From the human T2T-CHM13v2.0 reference genome, Homo sapiens: DNA of 64,000 nucleotides. Shown piece after piece: positions 21,501 to 40,385 of this stretch. Both the position numbers and the translations under genes were made by a program. The number at the start of each line of letters is the position of its first letter. Positions within the stretch are counted from its first letter, which is position 1. The stretch is from assembly GCF_009914755.1 (NCBI RefSeq), contig NC_060932.1. One strand, written 5' to 3'. The notes under the pieces are model-generated. The model was not told the DNA's origin, did no database searches, and was given only the letters and a program-made list of their open reading frames with translations.

Positions 21501-21799
21501 GAAGAAAAAACTCGGAATGGATGACCCCAGTACCCTCAATAGATAGAAAATACAGTTAGGGTCCTTCAACCACATTCCTACACATTCACTACTCAGAAGA
21601 CCCCAGCTCACCCAATTCCTCCTACTTTCAATAACCTCACATTCTACCCCATCAAGAAAATTAAGCTTGAAATTCCTGGGCTTTCCCATTATATAATTAT
21701 TCTCTTCCTCCCATATTTCAAAAACTTCTATCTATTGGCTCTATCTATACAAGGTTCAAATATCTCCCCAAAACTTTTTTTTTTAAAAAAAGGTACCTA

Positions 21800-22500
21800 C
21801 CCCTCCAGGTACCACTCTGAACCCTCCCCTTCTACCTGGAGTTTCTCAGAGGAATGTTCTTGAGACTCGCTGCCTCCATACTGGCACGCCCACTCACTCC
21901 TCAGCCCACTGCCAATGCCCAATACCAATTAATTCGTTTCAGTGAAATTATCCTGAAAATGAACACTGACCATCATAATGCCAAATCCACTGAACACAAT
22001 TCTGTGTTAATCACGCGGCCATTCCTGTGACATGTGATTGCTTTCACCTTTCACTCTTTTGACACATTTTTCCTCCCTAGGCATCCACAACATTGCTTTC
22101 ACCTGATTCTCCTGAGGTTGCTCTTCTTGGCCTCTGTGACCGCCTCTGTCACAGACACACCTGAGGTGCTCTATCTTCTACCTACAGTAATGACTCCGAA
22201 ATCTACACCTACGTCCAGTCCCTTCGTTTCAGACTCATATTCACAATGGCCTTCTGGATCCATCCACCTGGCTGCACTTCAGACACCTAAAACTCAATTG
22301 TGCTGAGTTGCTTCCAGGCACACACTGCATCTTATTCATAGTTGCAGGCAGGGTACACAGCACATAAGCACTGACGACACACTGTTGACTGAGACTAGAA
22401 CTCATCATTTCCCACACCTCCACCCTAAAACCTGCTTCTCCTGTGCTTCTGATTCAGTTAATGACACCAGCATTCACCTAGTCATCTAAATCAGAGACTT
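21800..22500. mobile_element. probable L2 remnants
   Basis: Pyrimidine-rich degenerate motifs (gccaaatcca, aaaactcaa, gaactcatcatttccc, cctaaaacctgcttctcct). Confidence 0.5.
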
Positions 22501-22907
22501 TGCAGCGGATTCCCCAAGTTCAGTGATCCTCAGATGCCGACACAAACCCACTGTATGTGCAGCACCCATCTGGATTCCTCCACGTCACCCCGGTGGAACT
22601 TGGAGCCAAGGGGCCTGCTTGTGCTGTCTTCTGTGCTGTTCTCAAATTCCACCCCCATTTCTTTAATTCATGATTGGCTGCCATCAGTGCACTAGGTACA
22701 TATATTCTTCCAATGAACTCACATGTGCATCTTATTATCAACAAGACTGGGAGCTCCTTTGATGGAAGATCAAGACTTATGCTTCCAGTTTATCCTGCAC
22801 ATCTTTGAAAATGGTGTCATCTCAGGATAGCAAGATCCTCTTAAAGATAATCATGTCCAACATTGTAGTAAAAGCACAGGTGGGTTTTGTAATTCTGGGA
22901 ATGTTAA

Positions 22908-23260
<353 letters not shown>

Positions 23261-23811
23261 CTACAATTCCTTTTCAAAGTCTGGTTTGAAGAATAAAATA
23301 ATGCATTAAAAAGCATTGAACTCCATTGCTCGCAAATAGAAAGTTGTCAAAAAGCAGCTATTTTCTTTTTCTTCAGTCAACACTGTTGAAATGAATGACT
23401 AATGGATACCATTTTCTAAAGATATCTTTATCTCCTCAGAGCGAAAGCCCCATACAGTTAAGTCATGGACTTGCATGGAGTGGACCAGTTAGTTTCACGC
23501 ACTTCCCAGGTCACAGGGCACACTGCTCATCTTGGTCGAGTTTTTGTTTTTTTTTTTAAAGAACATGCTCTGCCAAACACAAGGGGAACTTGAGGAGCAA
23601 GCATAGAGATCAATACATCCATTTCCACTCAATCAGCACTTCAATCCATCTCCTTAATTAATAGTTTTGTCAGTGGTTTCTTCCATTTTCAGCACTTAAG
23701 AAGTGGAAAAGTCGGACAGTTATTGTTTTATGGAGGTGAGAGGGTAAAAGCTAATGCCAATTAAACAACATTGTATTTTATATTATAAATGTATATTTCT
23801 TGAAAAGAGGT

Positions 23812-24040
23812 CTGGCCAGCCAGAGCAACAAAGTGAGACCCTATCTCTACAAAAAATATTGAAATTAGACAGACATGGTTGTGCACACCTATGTACCAAC
23901 TCCACAGCAGGCTGCAGCAGGAATATCGCTAGAGCCCAGGAGGTTGAGGTTGAGGATGCAGTGAGTGATGATCATGCCACTGCACTCCAGCCTGGGCAAC
24001 AGAGGGAGACCCTGTCTCAAAAAAAATAAATAAATAAAAA
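23812..24040 (+). mobile_element. diverged AluJ, partial
   Basis: gtgagaccctatctctacaaaaa...gccactgcactccagcctgggcaacagag. Confidence 0.8.
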
Positions 24041-26826
24041 CAAAGAAACCAACCAACAAACAAAAAACAGGAGATTTGGGGAAAAGAATTTAAAAGTATA
24101 CCTTCTTCTCAAAATGCCTCTGGCCCTATGTGCATATATCCAAATTTCAGTCACTGAGTTGACAGTAGAAACAAAACAATGTTGTAATACATGTGTGTCT
24201 CATTCACCATTAGCATGTCAAGCAGATGCTGACAAAACAAGTATCTTCTGTTTTAGCAAATACTGCCAGAAATTTCCATCCACGGTCCTCCTTGGCTCCA
24301 CATCTGTCAGTGATCTCTCTGAGAATACTGAAGAATCACCAATGACCCCAGGGGTCAAAGCCACCTTCTCCTGTCCCTTCATTTCCTAAGGGTCACCTCT
24401 ATCTTCACTGACTACCAGCATCTTCTAAGCTTCCTCGCACTTGCTGGGTTTTTCCTTTGCCTGTTGATTCACAGCTGCTTAATTTTGACCGACTTCCTTA
24501 TGCTTCCCATTCACAAGGCTTCATTTTCAGCAAGCGCTTTTAAATCCTGCCCAGCTATGCCAGAAATCGGTCATCTACTGAAGCTTCCAATCTTGCTTTG
24601 GGATCTAGCAATCTTTCCCCGTTGTGTTTGTGTCCAAGCCCCATACAAGGTCCCAAGAAGCAAAACAGAGTGCGTGGACCAGCCACCCTAGGTCCGGACT
24701 TCTGGCCTGGCTGCTTTCAGGGCTTCCTGCAATCCACCTGACCTTTCCTGTCCCATCATTCTCTAGCTATCCTCACAGAATCTCCATTCTGGCAGGCAGA
24801 TCTCATCTCTGCTGCCTAAACCTGCTTTACTCATTCTAGTCTCTGTGTCCTCACTCTCAGGCCATACTTCCTCCTCAAAGAATACATGCCATCCCCTCTC
24901 CCGTGCTCACATCATAAGCTTCCTCCCTGGAAGTCCAACCAAAGTTCACCCTCCTCAGTGAAGTCTAAACTCCTCTCGATTCCCTTATTTCCCTGTCATT
25001 CACCTGGCACTTAGTAACTAGCAGCCTGCTACAGCTGTTTACCTTTTAATCTAATCTTTTCACAGGCATTTTCTTTTCAAGCCCATGACAGTCATTTCCT
25101 CACAGGCATGAACCATAAAGCATGCTTTAAGAAACTGAATATGATGGTAACAGGCAACCCTAAGAAAACTTTTAGGAAGTAAAATCCCCCTAACAAGAAC
25201 AATCAATTTCACTTTTTCATGTTTCTTTCTAGCTCTTGCCCATTCCTGTATACATTTTTACATAGTAATAATAATAGATTTGATCAGTTACACGTACAGC
25301 TTTACATTCTTTTTCCACTAACAGAGAAAACGATCTTCCTTGTTAAATGGTTTTGACTGTCATCATTTTAATCGCTGTATAATAGTCCCTCCATTGAGAT
25401 ACTAGATCATGATTACCAAGGCACTGACTCTACATTGACTCTATTAGACATTATTACATACTTCTGTGTCTTTCACCACATCAAGTATTGGAAAATGCCA
25501 AGTAAACTCATTTGAAATATCTCCTGAAATAAATTTCTTGTCCATTCTCCCTAACACCTGAAATAATCTATTTCACTGTTTCTATCTTCATTTCTTTCGT
25601 TTCCCGGTTCTACCCCCTTAGGCTAGGTAGGTAACAAAGGTATTCCAAACACCTTTTATAGATATTTACTTATTTTGGTAGTTGATCTTATACAGATTTA
25701 CACACAGGAAATCCCTTGAGGAAAAGCATTAAGATCTCATCCTATCTAATATAAGCCAGATACCTGGCAGGCACTCAATCAATGTTTGCTTACCTATTAA
25801 ATGTTTTTTAAGCCACCTAAAGTTAGAAAACATCAAATTCCTGGAAAGGAGAATGTTGCTGATCTAACTAATCCCACCAATTACGGCTACAGAACTTTCA
25901 GCTCCTGTAATGATTAGACGGGTTAATAATGTATGAATGGGTGTTCTGTGCGGCACATGGAAGCACACAAGAATTATCTGTTTAGCTGTACAGTCTGAAC
26001 AACAACACTGGAAAACAAACGATATCTGCAAATAGAACTTGAAGATCTTGTGACAAAAATTTACCCTTTTCTCTAGTTGTTTAGCTTTGCATCTCAGATG
26101 AAGAAAGGCAAAATAAAGGTTGTAATATTAAAATTATGTAAAATTACATACACGTGTGAGCACAAACTGGCATGGAAATGAAAAGCTGTTAGGATGAAGA
26201 AAGTATGTGAACTTTTTTCTTTTTCTTTTTCCTTTTGTTAGTGGAATGTTAAAATAAATGTATGACTAGACAAATATTTCTGACAAATTAGCCATTACAA
26301 CTCTTCCTGTTACTGAATTAGGGCCTAATGCTTAACCTTCAAATAACTAAGGTTCCCAAACCCACATACAGTTTAGCAGAAAGACTAAAATACTCTCACT
26401 TCGAGGATAACTGTTAAATAATAAATCAGCTAACCACCTTAAAACTCCAAACACCTAAGCACAACCACTGAATCACACAAGAACTTAATACACCAGAGTT
26501 TTCTGGAAATTTTCAGATTTTCCTCAAAAGATAGCTAATGTGATTCCAAATATCAGAGTCTACACAGTAAAACTACATCATCACAGTAACCCATTCTCAT
26601 CCCCGTCCTCTTTTATAGATAGCGATTTATAAGGTTGCTTCCGGCACCTATATGATAGAAACTATTAGGACTCAAGTTTTACTCTTTGTCATAATTATAC
26701 AGTATTACATAATACTAATAACTGTTCAAAGTAATATTCTTTTCAAAATTACTGGAAAGGTTCCTACAGATCATACAAGGAAGAAAAAAAAGGAAATTAC
26801 TGGAAAGAAATATGGTTTTGTTTTAG

Positions 26827-27224
<398 letters not shown>

Positions 27225-29186
27225 TGAACAATTACTTCATAACAAAAATGGAAAAGAACAAATTTATGTGTGGTAATCACTGAAAAAAGAAGTCCACATG
27301 CACGTCAGGAAATATAAGGCTAAGAATGGGCACTAAGTGAACACAGGAGGTACTTTACACCAAATAATGCACTTCTCTATATAGGCTAATGGAATCTATG
27401 GGTAAACCTCAATTTCAAAATGATTGTTGAACCCAAGGATCAGCTCACATCCGTTCCACAGCTAAAACTATTATTCTTTGCCTTCCTCTAAACTCTGATG
27501 TTTATTACAACCTTATCAATGGCAATTTATAAGAGAAAAGCATAAGAATTTCCCTCAAAAAGTGAAACCAATGGGGAAAGGGAGAGGGAAAGGGCTCTAA
27601 ATATCTGAGATGTCTTTTGTGGTGGTTGGTTAGCGGCCTCTTTTTAGCACTGACATTTCCAAGTTTTTTGTGAAAAGGAAATTTTAAGAATGTGCTGAAA
27701 CCATCCTTTCAGAATCAATTCCCAGATAAGTTATGTTTCATTTGGCTTCTTTCTTTAAATTATTGTGATGGTAAACTGGAAGTAAACTGAAATACAGATA
27801 CCTGAATATTTAAAAACTGATGCTTCTGAAAATTTTCAGAATTGTATCGACGTTTATTGTGTGTTGTCAGAGCACGAGATTAGTGAAGCAAAGCAGGACT
27901 CAATCTTGCACTAGTTGAGAACTTAAAGTAATTAAGTTCTTAGGGAAAAAAACTCACCTGACAGCTTTAATCGGACCTAGCAGGAACAGGACAAAACAAT
28001 TCCCATAGATGAGATAACTCCAAGCGAGAAACCAATTTCCCCGAGAAGGACAAACCAACAAAGCTTATGTCAACTGGTTGATCTGTATGTCTCAATATAT
28101 ACAAAAGAAAGCAAAGAAGAGGAAAACAACCTATAATTTCTACATAAAAATTAAACAACACTTGATTTTGCTAAGAAGCTACAACTTTGTCTCTGGTACT
28201 TAAATGATTCTAATTAGTTCAAAGTCTCATCAATGGCAAAGTCATCTCCTGAGACAGTAATAGTGACCCCCAATGACAGGACCTTGTATATAAAGCGTTT
28301 TCAAACACATTATCTTATTTAAAGCAACTCACCCAGTCATGCTGCTTTGACTATCAAAGCCAAGACCCAGCCCACCTCCTCCCCTGACTTTTGGGGTTCT
28401 CTCCACTCCCCGGGTCTACAGATTATTTAAATGTACTCGGTTTATCTGCCTTCTCTACACTCCCTGCAGAGTTAAGAGAATGTCAGAAAGATACAATTCC
28501 ACAAGAATCTTGGCACTTTAGCTATTTATTGAGAGATGATGAATGAGACTTCAGGCAAAACCAAAACTTTCTCAACTGTCCAAAAACAACGAAAAGGGCA
28601 TCTCCTCCACCTGACCCCAATCTCAGGACGCCCAGGTGGAAGGAACTCGCCGCGGGGCACCCGCCTGGCCCCCTGCCCTTCTTCCCGCCGCGGGCCAAGG
28701 CGGTGCAGGCTTGGGCGACCCGGGCGAGACGCGGGGTCCCGGGGGGTCCCGGGCGGTCCCGAGGCGGGCTGCAGGGGCTGGCGACCCGCGCGCGGGGGCG
28801 ACGATGACAGCTGGCGGGGAAGGAGCGAGGCTGAGGGGCCAGGACGAGGCTGGGCGCGAGGGCCGAGGGCGCCCTCGGGAACCTCCGGGGGAGACGAGAG
28901 GGCAAAAGGGCGCAGGGGCGGGGCGGGCGCAGGCGGAAGGGGCAGCGGGGCCGGCACGAGGGGCCCGACGGCGCCAGGGACGGGGCTGGCCAGGGGGGAA
29001 GGGAGGGGAGAAGAGGGAGCCGGGCGTCTCAGCGCGGGAGCGGGTTTCAGGGTCCCCGGGCCCCTCCTCGCGCCCCGCCGCTGACTATAGGGGCGGGGCC
29101 GCCGGACCCCCCACGGCGGCCGAGGGAAGGGCGCGCCAGGCACCTGCCGCCTCCGCCCCGGCGGCCCAGGAGGGCTCGGCTCTCAC

Positions 29187-29241
29187 CTCGCCGGTTCATG
29201 GGTCGTATCCGCACCGCCACTTTCACTTTGGAGTCCCCCAT
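29187..29241 (-). CDS. KIF13B: KIF13B coding exon 1 (kinesin-3 motor, N-terminus)
   Basis: Minus strand reads ATG GGG GAC TCC AAA GTG AAA GTG GCG GTG CGG ATA CGA CCC ATG AAC CGG CGA G = MGDSKVKVAVRIRPMNRR plus 1 nt, containing the kinesin VKVAVRIRP motif. Kozak context is strong (gcaggATGG). The donor G|GTGAGA follows, with GT at 29186-29185. The exon sits in a CpG island. Confidence 0.97.
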
Positions 29242-29398
29242 CCTGCAGCCGCCGAGGAACTCGTTCGGCTTCCGTCTGCCGCGGCCACCGGCGACTCTTC
29301 GGGGTTGACCCGGCGGGAGGGGGCCGGGGGCGGAGCCGGGGGTGGGGACCGGGCTGGGGGCGGGGCCGGCGCGAGCTCCGGGCGCTCCCCGCTGTATG

Positions 29399-29415
29399 GC
29401 GGGACTTGTAGTTCC
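29399..29415 (-). promoter_or_regulatory. ZNF143/THAP11-type ACTACAnnTCCC promoter motif
   Basis: Minus strand reads GGAACTACAAGTCCCGC, about 160 nt upstream of the ATG, matching the ACTACA(N2)TCCC motif. Confidence 0.7.
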
Positions 29416-30590
29416 CCAGGGTCGTCGTGGGCGGGGCCGCAGCGAAGGCGGGGGCGGGAATGCTCGGGCGCGAGTCGTTTGCTACAACTTACCTACAGCA
29501 ATGACGGCTTTTGTAAATTACACACCATTCTTGCTCTCGCAGCCAGTATTGAGAAGTAAGCCTTCAAGAGCTGATACCTCTTCTGAAAAACAATTGAATA
29601 GATGGCGTCAGGGACCCCGCTACCTCTTCCTGCTCATTTCCTGCCAATCTTAGTGTTTGATCCCTGGCTCAAGTTATTTCCTCTGCCTGGATTGACGTCC
29701 GGCCTTGTTTGCTGAGCTCGTCCTTCACGACAAGTTGCAAATCACGTTTTCTGGGAGTGTCCATAGGTCCACGGGTTAACATTGTCCTGTGAGTCCCCCT
29801 CCTTTGAGACAGGACCTTGGGCTCTGAAAACCATCTGAGTTCAAAGCCCACCTCAGCGCTTCCCACTGTGTGACCAGGGGCAAGTTATTTGACCGCTCTG
29901 GGCTTGTCTTTAATATGAAAAGTGGATATGATACTAATACCTAGTAAAATAGGTACATTTTTAAATAAGATTAACATATGTGTAACCTAGCCTTTAGTAG
30001 AGACCCATAAACATTAATTGCATGAATTAATGAATGAGGCCACACTAAAATTAGCTTTTTATTAGCCCTGGCAGACATTCTAACAGGTGGCCTGGGTGCC
30101 AGAGCCAGCACGCAAACATGTTCTGTTTGGCCCAACAGTGTTGGCCAACACATAAAAATCAGATTTGTGGCCAGGTGCAGGGGCTCACACCTGGAATCCC
30201 AGCATTTTAGGATGCTGAGGCAGGAGGATTGCTTGAGGCCAGGAGTTTGAGACCAGCTTGGGTAACAGAGTGTGAAATCAGATTTGTGCATGCAGTACTG
30301 GGCCTACATTACATATTGGACAGAGTGGATTGGAACTAAATAGCAGCAGCCACCTTTATCAGAGACCCGTCTCTCCACTTCACCACGGCCCCCCTCCAGG
30401 TGGCTTTACCACACATGCGCCTGGACCTTGTGGGTTTGTGACCCCTGCTTAGATGTGTTTAAATGATAGTAATAGAACTCAGAACCATTTTACAGATGAG
30501 TAAATACAGAAAGCTGGTAAGACTTGCCCTTTTACCAACCATCCTGTTATTGAGTATCTTCAATACAAGCAATGTTGTCAAAAAGTATAA

Positions 30591-32507
<1,917 letters not shown>

Positions 32508-33125
32508 TAAAAAAGATCATAAAGGGTATGATTTTATATTGAAATTGTTTTGCCCTACTGTTCTTTTGCTCTTATTTAGTGTTGAAGTCACCTTTGCCAT
32601 GGCCCCAGACTGGTTACCACAGGTTGGTACTCTTGTCTTAAACACACATCCTAATTACCACCTCCCTACATTCAGGTTATAAAAAATAAGGATTTGGAAT
32701 GTCCCAAGATTCCATACGTCACTTTATATCTCTTTTATAACCAGGTAAATTTAATTTTTAAATGGCACGTCCTGGTGCTAGCTTGAATCTGGCTTTTTAA
32801 ACAGAGTCAAAGCAGGCAGAAAAAGAGAACAAGAGAACATTTCTATGGAAATATTGTGTTTAAACTTAAGCTGAAACTGAAAAGAGAGGAAAGCCCCTAA
32901 GGACCTCAAGGAAGGGAAGAATAGAATAGAGAAGAAGTGAGGACTTTCTCTAAAGTCCTCAAAACCATTTAAAATGTTCTGAAAATATTTAGAGGAAAAG
33001 GACAGTAGCCTCCCTAGGGACTGCAGGGAAGAACCCCTGTGAGCTGTTTCCCCTTTTGACTTCTGTTCATACTACTCTGTCTCCTTTGACTTTTGCAGTG
33101 AAGATGATTCTTAAAAGAGAGCCCA

Positions 33126-33438
<313 letters not shown>

Positions 33439-33571
33439 GAGAGAGAGCCCAAGACTAGAAATGCCCATATCTTCCCATGGAAAGTGTTCCTCTGATAGGC
33501 GGGAGACAGAGGACCAAATTGCAAGTTACAACCTGCAGCCTGGGAGTTTCAGGGGCTTCAACACCAAATGA

Positions 33572-36030
<2,459 letters not shown>

Positions 36031-36182
36031 CTAGGAAATGAAAAGCAGTCATTCTTATCCAACCTCAACCTCATCCAACCTGACTCACTCGCCTACTCCC
36101 AAGTATCCAGACATCGCTCTTAAGCCTCCAATGCCTCAACTTACCCCCTTTGTCACACCGAGGCTTCTCCGGGATTCATTTT

Positions 36183-36260
36183 ATATGTTCGTGCAAAAGT
36201 AATTGTGGTTTTTGGCATTACTTTAGGGCAAAAACCACAATTACCTTTGCACCAACCTAA
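36183..36260. mobile_element. MADE1 mariner MITE
   Basis: About 80-bp imperfect palindrome gtgcaaaagtaattgtggtttttg...caaaaaccacaattacctttgcaccaacctaa, followed by TA. Confidence 0.9.
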
Positions 36261-36597
36261 TACATCTGCAATCTAAACCTCTGTCTTGACTGTATCATCA
36301 ACACCACTCATGCCCTGGGAACCCTAAACCTATGTCATCACTCTCCTTTCTCCAAGACTCTCATTTTGGGCAGGGAGCTCAGCTGGAGGAAGTCACAGAT
36401 CCATGCACATGGTACCCTGAAGAGTTTGTGATCTTTGATCCTAGTGGGGTCCTCAGTAGCACTCCAAACCATTTTTCCTGCTCATACACCTCCAGAGACT
36501 TCTACCATCATCACCATTCTCTTCAAGCCCAACCCAACATGACCACCCTCTGTGCCAGATCACCTTGCTTCTACATCCCTGCGAAAATTAGGGCTCA

Positions 36598-36906
36598 GGC
36601 TGGGCATGGTGTTGCGTACCTGTAGTCCCAACTATCTGGGAGGCTGAGGCAGGAGGACCACTTGAGCCCAGGAATTTGAGGCTGCACTAAGCCGTGATTG
36701 CACCTCCTGGGAATAGCCACTGCTTTGTAGCCTGGACAACATAGCGAGACCTCATCTCTCTCTCTCTCTCCTTTTTTTTTTTTTTTTTGAGTTTGGGTCT
36801 CACTATGTTGCCCAGCCTGGTCTAGAACTCCTGGGATCAAGTGATTCCCCTCTCCTTGACCTCCCAAAGTGCTAGAATTACGGGCATGAGACACCACACC
36901 CAGCCA
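36598..36906. mobile_element. FAM monomer (+, 36598-36755) with an inverted FLAM-like monomer (-, 36772-36906)
   Basis: The gaatagccactgc...caacatagcgagacc segment is 7SL/FAM-like. The second monomer is in reverse orientation. Confidence 0.75.
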
Positions 36907-37604
36907 AGACCCCTATCTCTTTAAAAAAAAAATAGGGCTCTCAGGTGAAAATTCCCTAAACTTCCTACCCCCACAGTTTTTTCTGTGACTGCGTCCAGCA
37001 CTAACTTCCCCCTCAGTGGCCAAAGTAGATGTGTCTTCATCTCAAGGCTAAGGCCGCTCTTCCATACTCTTCACACCACCTCCATGGCACTGTTGTTCTA
37101 TTAGCCGTTCTCTGATACATTCAACCTTTCCTTCTCCATTAACCCCTTATCCTCAGCTGAGAACCTCCCATGGAAAAACAAGAACAAACAGTAACACTAT
37201 AAGAAAAAACAAGGACAATTTCCCGAAGTCTTCCTACCTCCTCAGGAGCCAGCTCTCCCCGCAACATAATAGTCTACACTGACCAGCTTCCCTTCTCCAC
37301 CTGTCATTAGTCAACCAATGATTAATTCAATCACGCTTTCACCTGCCTTCACCCCTGCACTAAAACTGTCATGACAAAGCACACCATTGACCTTCCCTTC
37401 GCAAATCTAGGAGCGTGGTTTTTGGTCCTCATTTGATGTCTCTGTAATAGTTGGTGTTATTGAGCATCCGCTTCTGGAAACTTTTGATTCCCTTGGCTTC
37501 TATGACATGGCTCTTTTCCCCTTGTTTTAAGTAATATATTAGGTTAGTTAAAACACTTCCTTATCACAGGCTTGGAACTATGTTAGGAGCCTGGGATACA
37601 AAGA

Positions 37605-40385
<2,781 letters not shown>

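Larger units (their letters stand above)
28640..29480. promoter_or_regulatory. CpG island / KIF13B promoter and first exon
   Basis: Abrupt GC- and CpG-rich block against an AT-rich background. It spans exon 1 and has several GC boxes (GGGGCGGGG near 29090 and 29357; GGGCGGG near 29430 and 29452). Confidence 0.93.

Noticed and set aside
25788-25835. Second microexon-like pattern on the minus strand (ttttctaactttAG, 23 nt at 25816-25794, TAG|GTAAGC)
   Set aside because: The pyrimidine tract is short, the branch-like ctaac is too close to the AG, and the body is very AT-rich. It is plausible by chance in a 17-kb intron and weaker than the 27958-27976 candidate.
29047-29186. Remainder of the 64-aa ORF after MGDSKVKVAVRIRPMNRR
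   Set aside because: It is read-through into intron 1 past the G|GTGAGA donor.
28522-29653. Long ORFs over the CpG island (307, 205, 182, 127 and 103 aa)
   Set aside because: These are G/A/P/R-rich low-complexity products expected from stop-codon scarcity in very GC-rich DNA. Only 29187-29241 has kinesin homology and splice support.
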